Assembly (NCBI GenBank): GCA_964413195.1
Contig: CAYPRD010000001.1
Coordinates: forward strand, 27,039 to 91,038
Direction of reading: 5' to 3'
Source of the DNA: an uncultured Candidatus Peribacteria bacterium
Lineage (GTDB): Bacteria; Patescibacteriota; Gracilibacteria; BD1-5; JAGOOR01
DNA length: 64,000 nt
Both the position numbers and the translations under genes were made by a program. Positions 33,396 through 43,919 of this stretch are shown in pieces. Positions within the stretch are counted from its first letter, which is position 1; the number at the start of each line of letters is the position of its first letter. The notes under the pieces are model-generated. The model saw nothing but the letters and a program-made list of their open reading frames with translations, had not been told where the DNA came from and did not search any database.

Positions 33396-34310
33396 TTAAT
33401 GAAGCAGAGTCTCTATTGCTTCTTTTATCTCTTGTATAGTGACTGGTTTACCTAAATACGCATACTGCCTTTTATGCTGGACTCAAAAAGCATCATCAAT
33501 TTTTTTACGATTTGTCGGATCTCATGTGATAAATATTACCGGCTTCCCTTGCTGTAGGGCATACGAACCACGACGAAGACCTCCATTGCTATTCGAAACA
33601 TCATTTGTATCATTTACATCAGTAAAAACAATATCGGCCTCATCAATAATAATTCTTTCTCTTTCTGTTACTTCTGGGCTATCTTCTTCTCATGCATGTT
33701 TCGGTGTAGTATCGTGATCAGTTAAGGATTGAAAAGATGCGGCACCCCGAATTAATCAAGATCATAGTTGCCGAAATACTCTTTCATTCTCAAAGAACAC
33801 GGCTCTCATGGTCTTTATCCTTTCAGTATGAGACATCTTATTTTGCTCCCCAGGAGAAGAGAAAACAAGTCGAGCAATAGAGTGATCAATATCTTTCCAT
33901 CCAAAATAATGCATTGTAGAGCAATATAAATCCAAAACTTCATCAGTTGGTTCAATATTATCCGAATTACCAATTACAGCAGAAACGCCTTGAATAGTGG
34001 GCAACACAGCATTTGTAAAGATGGGCAATATACTTCAATCTCAATTTCCATTTTTAGAAATATTGTAGAATTTGAGTCGAGTCCATATCATAACCTTCAA
34101 TTTTCCATCTCAAATAAGAGCAAAAAGGGATTTTAATCTATCGAGAACTCCAGTTGGCCTATCCGACGGTTTAGCTCAGAAAGCTATTTCTTGAAATCAG
34201 AGGATGAATGGTTCTCTGTCTGTTTCTTGTAGGGTTCCTTGAATACTTTCTAGAGAGATGTTTTTACGAGATATCTCCGGGAAGTTGGAATCAAATAATT
34301 GTGCATTCAT
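33396..34310 (-). CDS. hypothetical protein with a C-terminal nucleoside 2-deoxyribosyltransferase/SLOG-like motif (tentative)
   Basis: ORFs 33762-34028 and part of 34197-34412 are in the same frame, joined by TGA, with TAA at 33396-33398. The first ATG after the tRNA is at 34310. The C-terminus IIIDEADIVFTDVNDTNDVSNSNGGLRRGSYALQQGKPVIFIT-G-D loosely fits the D..aD.v.a.....D.GT..E.G.A.a.GKPV pattern. Confidence 0.45.
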
Positions 34311-34383
34311 AGATATAATTTTATCACATAAGTCCTGGTAAATCAAAAAATCTCCCTTTTTCCAAGAGAGATTTGCAAGTTTT

Positions 34384-34458
34384 TGGTGACCCCATGGAGA
34401 ATCGAACTCCAATTGCAGGAATGAGAATCCTGTGTCCTAGCCGTTAGACGATGGGGCC
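34384..34458 (-). tRNA. tRNA-Glu (anticodon CUC)
   Basis: GGCCCCATCGTCTAACGGCTAGGACACAGGATTCTCATTCCTGCAATTGGAGTTCGATTCTCCATGGGGTCACCA. Cloverleaf folded by hand: 7-bp acceptor, anticodon stem CAGGA/TCCTG, loop TTCTCAT, encoded CCA. The body is like E. coli tRNA-Glu. Confidence 0.9.
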
Positions 34459-34461
34459 AAG

Positions 34462-34480
34462 ATGGGGCTTTACGCCCCAT
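34462..34480 (-). other. 7-bp hairpin between the rplK stop and tRNA-Glu (possible processing or terminator structure)
   Basis: ATGGGGC-TTTAC-GCCCCAT lies 3 nt after the rplK stop. No U-tract follows, and the tRNA 5' end lies 4 nt further on. Confidence 0.35.
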
Positions 34481-34483
34481 AAA

Positions 34484-34912
34484 CTACTCACATTCGATAC
34501 CCATCGAACGAGCTGAACCACGGACAATCATCATAGCCGCTTCTAAATCATTTGCGTTCAGATCAGGCATTTTTCTCTTGGCAATATCAGTAATCTGTGC
34601 TTTTGTTAGTTTACCAACTTTTACTTTATGAGGTGTAGCAGATCCACTTTCGAGGCCAATCGCTTTTTTGATAAGATTGGTCATCGGTGGTTGCTTCATC
34701 TCAAATACAAAACTTCGATCTTCATAGATAGTGATAATCGTTGGGAGTACCCAGCCAATCTGATCACGAGTTTTATCGTTAAACTGCTTACAAAAATCAG
34801 CAATCTGGATACCCGTCGGACCAAGAGCTGTACCAATTGGAGGTGCAGGATTAGCTTGTCCAGCGGCTATCTGAAGCTTAACAATTTTTTTGATTTCCTT
34901 CTTTTTAGCCAT
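34484..34912 (-). CDS. rplK: 50S ribosomal protein L11
   Basis: Intact [37 protein letters not shown] is the canonical L11 N-domain. Confidence 0.95.
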   Translation of the reverse strand: MAKKKEIKKIVKLQIAAGQANPAPPIGTALGPTGIQIADFCKQFNDKTRDQIGWVLPTIITIYEDRSFVFEMKQPPMTNLIKKAIGLESGSATPHKVKVGKLTKAQITDIAKRKMPDLNANDLEAAMMIVRGSARSMGIECE

Positions 34913-34966
34913 AAAAATAAATAAGTAATAGGCATTCGTGAGAAGCCCTCTTTCGAGGCACGAAAA

Positions 34967-35042
34967 TGGTGGGTCCTCTGGGGATCGAACCCAGGACCGC
35001 CGGCTTAAGAGGCCGTTGCTCTACCAACTGAGCTAAGAACCC
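34967..35042 (-). tRNA. tRNA-Lys (anticodon CUU)
   Basis: GGGTTCTTAGCTCAGTTGGTAGAGCAACGGCCTCTTAAGCCGGCGGTCCTGGGTTCGATCCCCAGAGGACCCACCA. Cloverleaf folded by hand, loop CTCTTAA, encoded CCA. Confidence 0.9.
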
Positions 35043-35135
35043 GTATAGAGATGGTACGCGTGAGTATAACTGAAAATACCAAAAGGCAAGAGAAAAATAC
35101 ACATGATGAGTTGCTCGAAATGACCCTCAGAAATA

Positions 35136-36314
35136 TTATGTTTTTTCGATGTATAAAGGTACTACACGAAAACAATCAGGAGGTATTCATAACAAGCGAG
35201 AAAATGGTTCTATCATAAATTTTGAAGGAACAAAATGGAGAGGTATTTTTTTTATTTGAGCTCGGTACAGACTTAGGAGAATAAACTTGTAGACTAAAAA
35301 AAACTTTCTCAGCAATGTTGGCCTTCTGAGAGAATGATAAAAATCAATAAATCGCCATCTTTGAGGGATATCATCCAGAGTTTTAATATCTTGAGCAAAT
35401 GGACTAATGATGCCAAAATCATGGTGCATAGCTACCGTCGGGATACGTTTTTGCAAAATAGCTCGTACCCCCAGAAATCACCATACTCTCTGCATACTTT
35501 GTATCCAGATCAAGTCCGGATTAAACCTCTGTATCTCCTTGGATATTTTCAAAATTCCAAATATATTTACGACACTTACAATCACATTCATGCATCGATG
35601 AAAAAAAGTACTTTTTTTTGATCATAAAAGACCTACATTTTTTCACTTATAATCAAGCGTGTGCATAAATGTGTGTGTAGTTTTCTCCAGCCCACCAATA
35701 ACCTCGGCATAATCAGATATAAAGAGTATATTTGAAGCATAGGGAAAATGAGTATCAAAAACTCTCAGAAATTCATGTGGATTGTAGTGAGCGACGATGT
35801 TTCATATACAATTTTTGAGATTCAAAAAGTACTCATCATCCCTCAAAACAATATCTCCCATAAGCTTCACAAACGCATCACTATTACTTTCTGGTAATAT
35901 GCTAAGTTCCGGGAGCAATAGTTGAGACAATCCGCCTTGTGAAAAAGCAATAGTAGGAACTCAAAGGTACCCCATCTCAAGAGCAGAAAGTCCGAAAGTC
36001 TCCAAGAAACATGATGGCATAATATGTATATCGCATTGTCACAATATATCGATCATGGACTCAGGGTGTCTCCAGCCGAGAAAAAAAATACCAGATGATG
36101 GAATACTATGATTTGTTGCTGGAGAAATGTCCTGGAGCCCCACAGGAATAAGAGAAGCTTTTAATGATTTTTCTCTACTTCATTGCCCACATATCAATAA
36201 ACGATGTTGTTTCCAGAATCATACACGCTCCAATTTATGAACGATATCAATCAACATATCGATTCACTTTTCTGGTTCAAGACGTGAAAAAAATATGAAA
36301 GTCCTAGGTCGCAT
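35136..36314 (-). CDS. GT-B (GT4-like) glycosyltransferase with apparent circular permutation (C-domain first, N-domain second)
   Basis: One frame is open from ATG 36314 to TAA 35136-35138; every codon was read and the only interruptions are TGA. The first half is FIFFSRLEPEKGIDMLIDIV...LLICGQGS...ETFGLSALEMGYL-G-VPTIAFSQGG, a typical C-domain. The second half is NILFISDYAEVIGGLEKTTHTFMHTLDYK-G-KNVGLL...NPDLIWIQS...VAMHHDFG, a typical N-domain. Confidence 0.6.
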
Positions 36315-37668
36315 GATCCTGAAATGAAGCAATCGCAGCAAGCAGAATAAAAAGAATCAAAGAAGAATGCATAGACTCAAACGAATGTAGAAAAATATTC
36401 ATCACCAGAACACCAATAAATGCTCCAAAAATAGGATGAAAACGGTATATTTTTATTCCAATAAGACCCAAAATAAGGAGAAATAACATTCCTCCAATTA
36501 TTCCGCCCTCTATAAATTGTTGTATATACCAACTTTCGGGTATGTAGTATGTTTCTGAAGTATAGATAAAATCTTTATTCTTTTTTCTTAAAAGACTGAG
36601 TACTGATTGAATTTTGGGATCATCCGGATGTTCAACCGGCTGATCATTCACCGCAAAGCGTGATCGACTCGCTGGACCAGAAGAAGCTAAACCAGATCCA
36701 AATGGCGTTTCTTGGAATCGAATAATACCGATATACATTCTCTCAAAGTGCCCAGAAGTAGATGCTTGACGGCCCATGATGGACTGCAAACGAGAACCAT
36801 AGAAGAAGAAAACAAGTCCACACCCTATAACTCAGATCAAAAAAGAAAGAAAAATGATACGCAGAGTTTTTTTCTTGTTTTTATTCCGAAAAAAGAAAAA
36901 AAGATACGCACAAAATCCTACAAATAACCCTAACATTGCACTTCGACTGTATGTCTGAAAGAGAAGAAAGCCCAGAATGATGAGTATACAGGTGGTGAGG
37001 AAAAAATATTTCTTCTTTCTTCTCATAAATTCCCAAAATGATGCTATATAGATCAGAAGAAAAAAAGCCATCTGATTAGGCCCCTCTAAAACTCCTTGAA
37101 AACGCACCACAGAAGCACCATGTATACCATGGTAAATTGGTGGTACAGCCCCGTCCCAGACACTTACTTTCCCACTAAAACCAAAAACAGTGAGCAATGT
37201 TTCTCAGAAAATATATCGGATGAGAATGCCAAAAAAAAGCATCAATCCGCCTGATATGAGAAATATCTTTAACAGCTGCTGAAAAGAAATTCCCCACCAA
37301 GGCAAGGCTCTTCTAAAAAGAAAAAATACATAGAGAAAGAATACATCATACCTCAGTCAATACACATATCCTATAAAGGAAACTTTGTTAATATAACTCA
37401 CAATCAAGAGACAAAGAACGTAGAGTACAATGCTGACATCCAAAATATCAAATCGTATTTTTTTCCTGACGCCGTCTCTTGGTGAAAGAAAGTCGAATAG
37501 AAAAAAAACAGAAATAAGTATCAGGATTACTTCCTTGAAAATTTTTACTTCCCCGATGCCAAGTACTTGTGTAAAAAATACAGAGAAAATGACTGACCAT
37601 GGTAAAAATCCAACAAGAAAGAAGATAGACCAAGAGCCCGCTTTCCGGAAATCGATATATCTCATCAT
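36304..37668 (-). CDS. O-antigen ligase/polymerase-like (Wzy_C) membrane protein
   Basis: ORFs 37357-37668, 36832-37197 and 36304-36789 are in the same frame and joined by TGA. Polytopic, with the LFQTYSRSAMLGLFVG motif. TAG at 36304-36306. Confidence 0.75.
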
Positions 37669-37672
37669 AAAA

Positions 37673-37819
37673 CTATGGGAGTGTTACCTCGGATGAAACT
37701 GGAGGAAGTGTTGGTGGGATGAAAGTCATCCACGCTGTTCCAACAACTCACAAAAGTATTCCTGCGAGAGCGAGAAGGGCTATAATTTGAACCCAGGTAA
37801 TTCGAAAACGTTTAACCAT
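37673..37819 (-). CDS. small membrane protein (48 aa), hypothetical
   Basis: MVKRFRITWVQIIALLALAGILL-G-VVGTAWMTFIPPTLPPVSSEVTLP. Stops 4 nt upstream of the O-antigen-ligase-like start. Confidence 0.4.
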
Positions 37820-37870
37820 AAAACAAGAAAGTGTAAGAATTATAGCGAAAAAAACGTTCTGTCACGCTCA

Positions 37871-39337
37871 CTATTTTGTTGTGCGGCACACTCGAGGGTT
37901 TACCTTGTATTCTTCGTTGCGAGAAAATATACAATTAAACCACGAGAGCTGACTTTTTATCGTTCGAATTTTTTCCTGTTCTAAATTTTCTGAACGAAAC
38001 AATGAAGATTCATTCACACTACGAAGGAGTTGCTCTAAATGTTCTACCAATATCTCAGTTTGAACAAGGTTTCATTCTGAATCCCTGATATCTTTCCGGA
38101 GCTCAAACCAATATTCTTTTTTCGTAAAATAGGTATTCTCTAGAATACTTTTCAGATTTTCAAGGGATGTCAAAGCCGACGTCAACATTGTTCTTTTCAA
38201 TTTTTCATCAGTTTTTGGATCAGAAAAAATATCTCCTCAAACACGGATCATTTCGTTCATTATTTGCAATGAATAAGCACTTCCCATTTTTTCATGAGCA
38301 AATATATAGTTCAAATATGTCCACGATTCATACGTAGATTCACTCGAGGAGAGGCGTACCATATCAAGAATTTTCTTATCACGGGTCACCTTTGCATTTT
38401 TGTCTCCATTCATCAATCATGCATGATAAAAGTAAAAAACATCTCTCCAGGAGTTCTTTATTTTCTGAGCATTGATATCAAGCTGTATCCAGGATTGTAT
38501 GGCTCGACGCAACGGAACAAAAACTTCTGGGAACGTAGAGACATAGCGATTCAGTGTTTCTGTGAGGAGTGAAAAACAACTCACATAATCAGCTCCACAG
38601 GGCTCTCCAACATGGATTTGCTGGATAATGAGGGTTATTTCTTCGAGGCTTGTACGAACTCGAAGATCATGATGAAATCTATCTTTTCGAATTTTAGGCT
38701 CCCGCTCCAAGAATGACTTTATCATTTTATCAATATCAGACTTTGTCACATTGCCAAGAATCCTGACTCTGTCACGAGGGAAAAATGTTGTATAGAGCAT
38801 CCAGAGATCTTCGGGGAGTAAATCCTTTTGTTCAAGAATATCAAAAAACTCTACCTTACCTTCTCTCGTTAGAAAAGATGGCAAAATTTCTCCAGATGTT
38901 CAATTCAAAAGAACTTTTCCATCAAAATTAGCAAGAATTTTTTTATTCGTATCGAGGAAAACTCCACCAACTCCCTGAAGAGTAGATTCGACTCAAGATC
39001 CTTTGATAATAACATGCATGGCAGGATCTATTGTTCGTACAATCCATTGTCCTCATTCGGGGAAAGTGATATGAATTTTTCCAGTGGTTCACAATTTTGG
39101 TATTGGTCATTGACCATATATGAGGATTCATGTATCTTGGTAGCTAACAAAACCACTTTTTTTGGCATCAAATGAACTTCTTTTCCATGAACCATTATTT
39201 TTCTCAATCGTTCTCCAGCCGACATCAATCTGAGAGGATGGAATATGAATAGGCGAATGCCAAGAATTCATCCATACCACAAAAAGGACTGTCCCTAAAA
39301 CAGCGGAAATCAGAGGAATCCATATCTTTTTTCACAT
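37871..39337 (-). CDS. membrane-anchored hypothetical protein (488 aa)
   Basis: ORF 38417-38884 is extended both ways through TGA; every codon was read. ATG 39337, TAG 37871-37873. N-terminal anchor IWIPLISAVLGTVLFVVW. No family recognised. Confidence 0.6.
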
Positions 39338-39364
39338 ACCACGGTTATAGTACACTATTTTTCG

Positions 39365-40366
39365 CTACGGAGCAACTTTTGCGGCATTCCAATCGATTTC
39401 AAAGATATTTTTGACAGTTTTTACCTCTGGACCTTGGAAAAAAATACCAATTTCTCTATTTTCCTCCAAAGAATTTTTTGTAAAATTAAAACTTCCCACA
39501 AAAGCACGATCACCATCGTATATTAAACCCTTTGCATGCAAATGTGGTTTTGAGATAATTTTCATACGTAAACATGGCTTTTTAGGAAGAGCATCCTCAT
39601 AAGCAAGCAGTATCCGAACGGATACCCCTGATTGGCAGAGCTGATCAAGTGCATCTATAAAAATCTCATCGGTAAGTGAGGGAGCATACATCATCACCTC
39701 CTTCTCTACTGTGGCAAATATTTTTACCAACTGTTCACGGGCATGACCCGGGCCAACTAGGAGAGAATTGTGATAACTTTTTTCGAGTCGAATATTTTGA
39801 AAATCAGCCACAAAAATTTCTTCCAAACTCTTTACGAGAGCTTCTTGATTGCCACTGAGAATCAACTCTCTGTTTCGAGAAAAACTACTCCGGGTCCAAT
39901 TTGATGTTCCTATAAACCATTTATCATCAATAATGGCATATTTTGCATGCATAAAAGTCATTTTTTCTCCTGTGTTTTCCCGATAGGAGATACGATGGGT
40001 AGAAAGGAAATTCTTCGTTTCTCGATTGATAGTTGTGTTATCAAATGGGTATCATTCCAGAACAACACGAACATCTATTCATCTTTCTTTGGCAGTCAAA
40101 AGAGCTTCTCGCAAAGAAGGAAGAGTAAAAGTATACACACCAACCCACACTCTTTCTTTTGCTTTCTTTATAGCATCCAGAAAAAAATCTTCCGCACCAG
40201 GAAGTACACGGACAGCCACATTTTCTTCAAAATTTACCTCTGGCAGAGTTTCGATCTTATGATGTTTTTTATAACGATCTACATCTATATTTCGGACCGC
40301 TATGACCAGCATCACAACAATAAGTGTGACAGAGAAAAATTTTTGCAGTAAATCACGATGACCCAT
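39365..40366 (-). CDS. phospholipase D / cardiolipin synthase family protein (two HKD motifs)
   Basis: ORFs 40079-40366 and 39365-39961 are in the same frame and joined by TGA. N-terminal TM. HKD motifs MHAKYAIIDDKWFIGTSNW and LHAKGLIYDGDRAFVGSFNF. Confidence 0.8.
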
Positions 40367-40659
40367 TATCGAAAATGAAGATGGATCTCATGATCAAATC
40401 CATGATGAGCGAGAACCTTCACAATGGCTTCTTTGAGGCCACCCTCACAAGAACGAAGTTCAAAATTAATAATTGGCTTACCAGTCACAATCGTCACAAC
40501 ATCTCGAAAAAATGTTACCGTAGAAATAACTCCCGCAAGATCCTCTCTTCCTACCTGTGTTAAATATTTCCTTACTCCGGAAAGCAGCAAAGAAGAAAGT
40601 ACGAGAGGACTATTTCGTTGGACCGCCTTGGTGTCAAGAATGTAGGATCGGGCTACCAT
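40366..40659 (-). CDS. small hypothetical protein (97 aa)
   Basis: Part of ORF 40366-40719. The ATG at 40659 overlaps the mraY stop (ATGGTAG arrangement). No confident family assignment. Confidence 0.4.
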   Translation of the reverse strand: MVARSYILDTKAVQRNSPLVLSSLLLSGVRKYLTQVGREDLAGVISTVTFFRDVVTIVTGKPIINFELRSCEGGLKEAIVKVLAHHGFDHEIHLHFR

Positions 40660-41714
40660 AAAGGCGGAATAAGATAAAATATCAACCCACATGCTGATAG
40701 CAGAGCACCTATAAGCCAAAATTTCATAACTATAGTCTCTTCCATCATACCCTTCGCTTCCAAATGATGATGATACGGTGCTATAAGAAAAACTTTCTTG
40801 CCTCTTCGAAGTTTTTTACTAACAATCTGAATAATCACAGAGACCACTTCTGCAATGTAAATGAGCGAGATAATCGCTAAAATAAATAAAGTGTCTGTCA
40901 TAAGGGCAATGACGGCTAGCCCTCACCCAAGTCAGAGAGCTCCGACATCAGAAAGATAAAATTGAGCTGGTTTTATATTGAACCATAGAAATGCTGAGAG
41001 TGCAGCGGCAATCACGGTACAGAGAGTTGAGAGCAAAAACATGCCCTCATGATACGTGATGAAAGCGTATAAAAAATAATTCTGTGCCAAAAGTCAGCCA
41101 GCAAGACCATCAAGTCCATCAGTAATATTTACACTGTTTGCCATGGCTGTTATAACAAAAATGCTCAATACAATGTAAAACCAGCCAATATTAATCAGGC
41201 CAATTCATGGTATTGTAATGCTATCATGACCTAACTTGTTACTAAACCAATAAGCGCCCAGGAATGCAAAAAGCGTCAAACCAAACATCTTCACTCGCGC
41301 GCTCATTCCTTTTTTTCCTCCAATATTCCGGACATTTAAAAAATCATCCACAGCACCCAGTGCCCCCATGGAAAATATAGCAAAGAGGGGAAGAAAAGTT
41401 TCTGATCGATTCCAGAGAGTATGATGAATATCAAGACCAAGTGGCTCTTGGAGTGGTTCCCCCAATATGGTCAAGAGTACCATAATTGCCACGATAATAA
41501 GTACTATACCGCCACCCATAGCTGGAGTGCCCTGCTTATGCGCATGAAGCTCATGAAAACGGGTTGCCTTGCCTCATCACATAGATGCTTCAGTACGAAT
41601 TTGTTTTCCAAGTCTGAAATACCTCAACAACCGTATATATGTTGGAGCGATCAACATTCACACAGCAAAAGTGACTAATCCAAAAACCACTATTCGCAAA
41701 ATATGATGATCCAT
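40653..41714 (-). CDS. mraY: phospho-N-acetylmuramoyl-pentapeptide transferase
   Basis: ORFs 41205-41519 and 40653-40901 are in the same frame. [49 protein letters not shown] at 40653-40655. Confidence 0.9.
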
Positions 41715-41833
41715 ATAACTAAGAGACTGAGGATATAATCGATTATTAGAGATAGTATAAAGAGAAGTAAAGAATCTGACGACAAAAAGCTTGACTCTAA
41801 AAAACAAGAGTTCCATTATATTTTTCGTTTTAT

Positions 41834-41867
41834 GAAAAACACCCTCTCGATCGAGAGGGTGTTTTTA
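41834..41867 (-). terminator. rho-independent terminator after groEL (symmetric, potentially bidirectional)
   Basis: Perfect palindrome ACACCCTCTCGA/TCGAGAGGGTGT (41839-41862), flanked by an A-run and a T-run. Lies 15 nt downstream of the groEL stop. Confidence 0.65.
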
Positions 41868-41881
41868 TTTGAAAAGAGAAA

Positions 41882-43519
41882 TTACATCATGCCCATTCAT
41901 CCCATTCCCCCACCCATTGGTGGCATTGGTTTTTCTTTCTCTGGAAGCTCATAGATAACAGCTTCTGTAGTGAGAAACATACCCGCAATGGACGTAGCAT
42001 TTTCGAGTGCTGTGCGTGGAACTTTTGTTGGATCAATGATCCCTTCATCCACGAGGTCAACAAAAATATTTTTCGCAGCATCATATCCATAGCTAAAATC
42101 TTTGTGCTCAAGGATAGTATTCACAATAACTGCTCATTCTTGACCAGCATTTTCAGCAATTTTCTTGGTAGGATAACGTAGTGCTCGCTTCACAATCTCA
42201 ACACCGATTTGTTGATCAGCATTTGGTGCTTTGAAAGTATCGAGTACTTTTGCAGCCTTGAGAAGAGCAACCCCACCACCTGGAACAATACCTTCTTCCA
42301 CTGCAGCACGTGTAGAGTTAAGAGCGTCTTCGAGGCGAAGTTTGAGTTCTTTCATTTCCACTTCTGTTGCCGCGCCAACTTTGATAACAGCGACACCTCC
42401 TATGAGACGTGCCAATCGCTCAGACATTTTTTCTTTATCATAATCAGAGTCACTCTTCTCGATCATGCGACGAATTTCAGAAGCACGAGATTCGATATCT
42501 TTTTTACTTGCCTGAGTGGCAACGATAGTCGTTGTTTCCTTCGTAGAGACAACAGAGTCAATCTTTCCAAGTACTTCGAGACCAACAGTGTCTAGTTTGA
42601 GACCAATTTCTTCGGATACTACTGCTGCACCCGTAAGAAGAGCGATATCAGCAAGGTTTTCTTTGCGACGATCACCGAATCCAGGAGCCTTGATAGCCAG
42701 GATAGAAAACACTCCTTTGAGTTTATTGAGAACAACAGTTGTTAGTGCTTCTCCATCAAGATCTTCACAAATGATAACCAATTCTCTTTTTCCAGATTGC
42801 AGGAGCGATTCAAGGATCTTTAAGATATCTTTAGTAGAAGATATTTTTTTGTCAGTAATAAGGACAGGGATATCCGAATAACGAGCCTCCATTTTTTCTG
42901 CGTCATTTACCATGTATGGAGCAATATAGCCATTCTTGAATTGCATACCTTCAGTAACCGTTACAGTCATACCGAAAGTCTTTCCTTCTTCGACGGTGAT
43001 AACACCATCTCGCTTCACCTTGTCCATAGCATCAGCAATGATTTTACCAGCCTCTTCATTCTGAGCGGAAATAGTAGCAATAGCTGCAATTTCTTCAGAA
43101 GATTTCACAGGACGAGAGTGCTTACCAAGTTCTTTGGCAACTTCAGCAGCAGCTAATTTCATACCATTCTTAAGCTCAATAGCGTTGATACCCGAACGAA
43201 TTTCTCGGAGACCCTCTGAAATCATTGCATAGGTAAGAACCGTTGCCGTTGTCGTACCATCACCAGCGGCATCATTTGTTTTACTCGCAACATCTTTGAT
43301 AAGTTCCGCACCCATGTTTTCAATTGGATCCTCAAGATCAAACTCTTTTGCTATAGTCACACCATCGTTAGTAACCTGTGGGGCACCATAACTTTTTGGG
43401 AAAACAACATTACGACCTTTTGGTCCAAGTGTTGCCGATACTGCCTCGTGAAGTTTTTTCACTCACTCGAGCATCTTGAGACGTCCAGCATCTCAGAAAA
43501 GTACTTGTTTTTTAGCCAT
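41882..43519 (-). CDS. groL: chaperonin GroEL
   Basis: ORFs 42134-43462 and 41897-42124 plus the N-terminus. [23 protein letters not shown], with TGA at 43493-43495 and 43463-43465. C-terminal tail [16 protein letters not shown] at 41882-41884. Confidence 0.95.
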
Positions 43520-43546
43520 AGGAAAATGGAAAATTAAAAAATAAAA

Positions 43547-43828
43547 TTAGTCTACTTTTGCCAAAATATATTCTGCAGCTACGATTGTCAGATTCTCTTC
43601 GCCTTCAATTTTTATATCATCACCAGAATATTGTCCTTTGATAACTTTATCACCTTTTTTGAGCTCATAACCTAATTTTTCAGTAACCAGTGGACCCACT
43701 TCTTCAACAATGAAGACATTTGGGCTATCGTTTTGTTCTTTTGGAAGGATGATACCAGAAGCCGTTTCTTTCTTGGCTTCGAGTTTTCTCAGAACAAGGC
43801 GATCTTGGAGTGGCGTAATATGTGCCAT
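43547..43828 (-). CDS. groS: co-chaperonin GroES
   Basis: Intact ORF. PLQDRLVLRKLEAKKETASGIILP is the canonical GroES N-terminus. Confidence 0.95.
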   Translation of the reverse strand: MAHITPLQDRLVLRKLEAKKETASGIILPKEQNDSPNVFIVEEVGPLVTEKLGYELKKGDKVIKGQYSGDDIKIEGEENLTIVAAEYILAKVD

Positions 43829-43873
43829 AAGAAAAGAAAAAATTAAGAAAATAATATAATCTGATACACCAGA

Positions 43874-43900
43874 TTAGCACCGGTAGTATATAGGTGCTAA
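43874..43900 (-). promoter_or_regulatory. CIRCE-like operator (HrcA-binding inverted repeat) upstream of groES
   Basis: TTAGCACCG-N9-AGGTGCTAA against the consensus TTAGCACTC-N9-GAGTGCTAA. 8 of 9 positions pair. Lies 46 nt upstream of the groES ATG. Confidence 0.7.
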
Positions 43901-43919
43901 CTTTCTTGTCAATAGAATT

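Noticed and set aside
40366-40659. Assignment of the 97-aa protein after mraY as ribosome silencing factor RsfS or a 4-oxalocrotonate-tautomerase-like protein
   Set aside because: There is only vague local resemblance (the ...EGG...HLHF tail). The diagnostic DYFV and W..D motifs, or an N-terminal Pro, are absent. It is left as hypothetical.
41790-41867. Plus-strand TTGACT with a 17-nt spacer, followed about 30 nt later by the groEL terminator hairpin: a possible tiny sRNA
   Set aside because: The -10 element is poor. The hairpin is fully explained as the groEL terminator, being symmetric and bidirectional. No conservation evidence is available.
42209-43156. Several plus-strand ORFs of 70-128 aa
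   Set aside because: All lie antisense to groEL.
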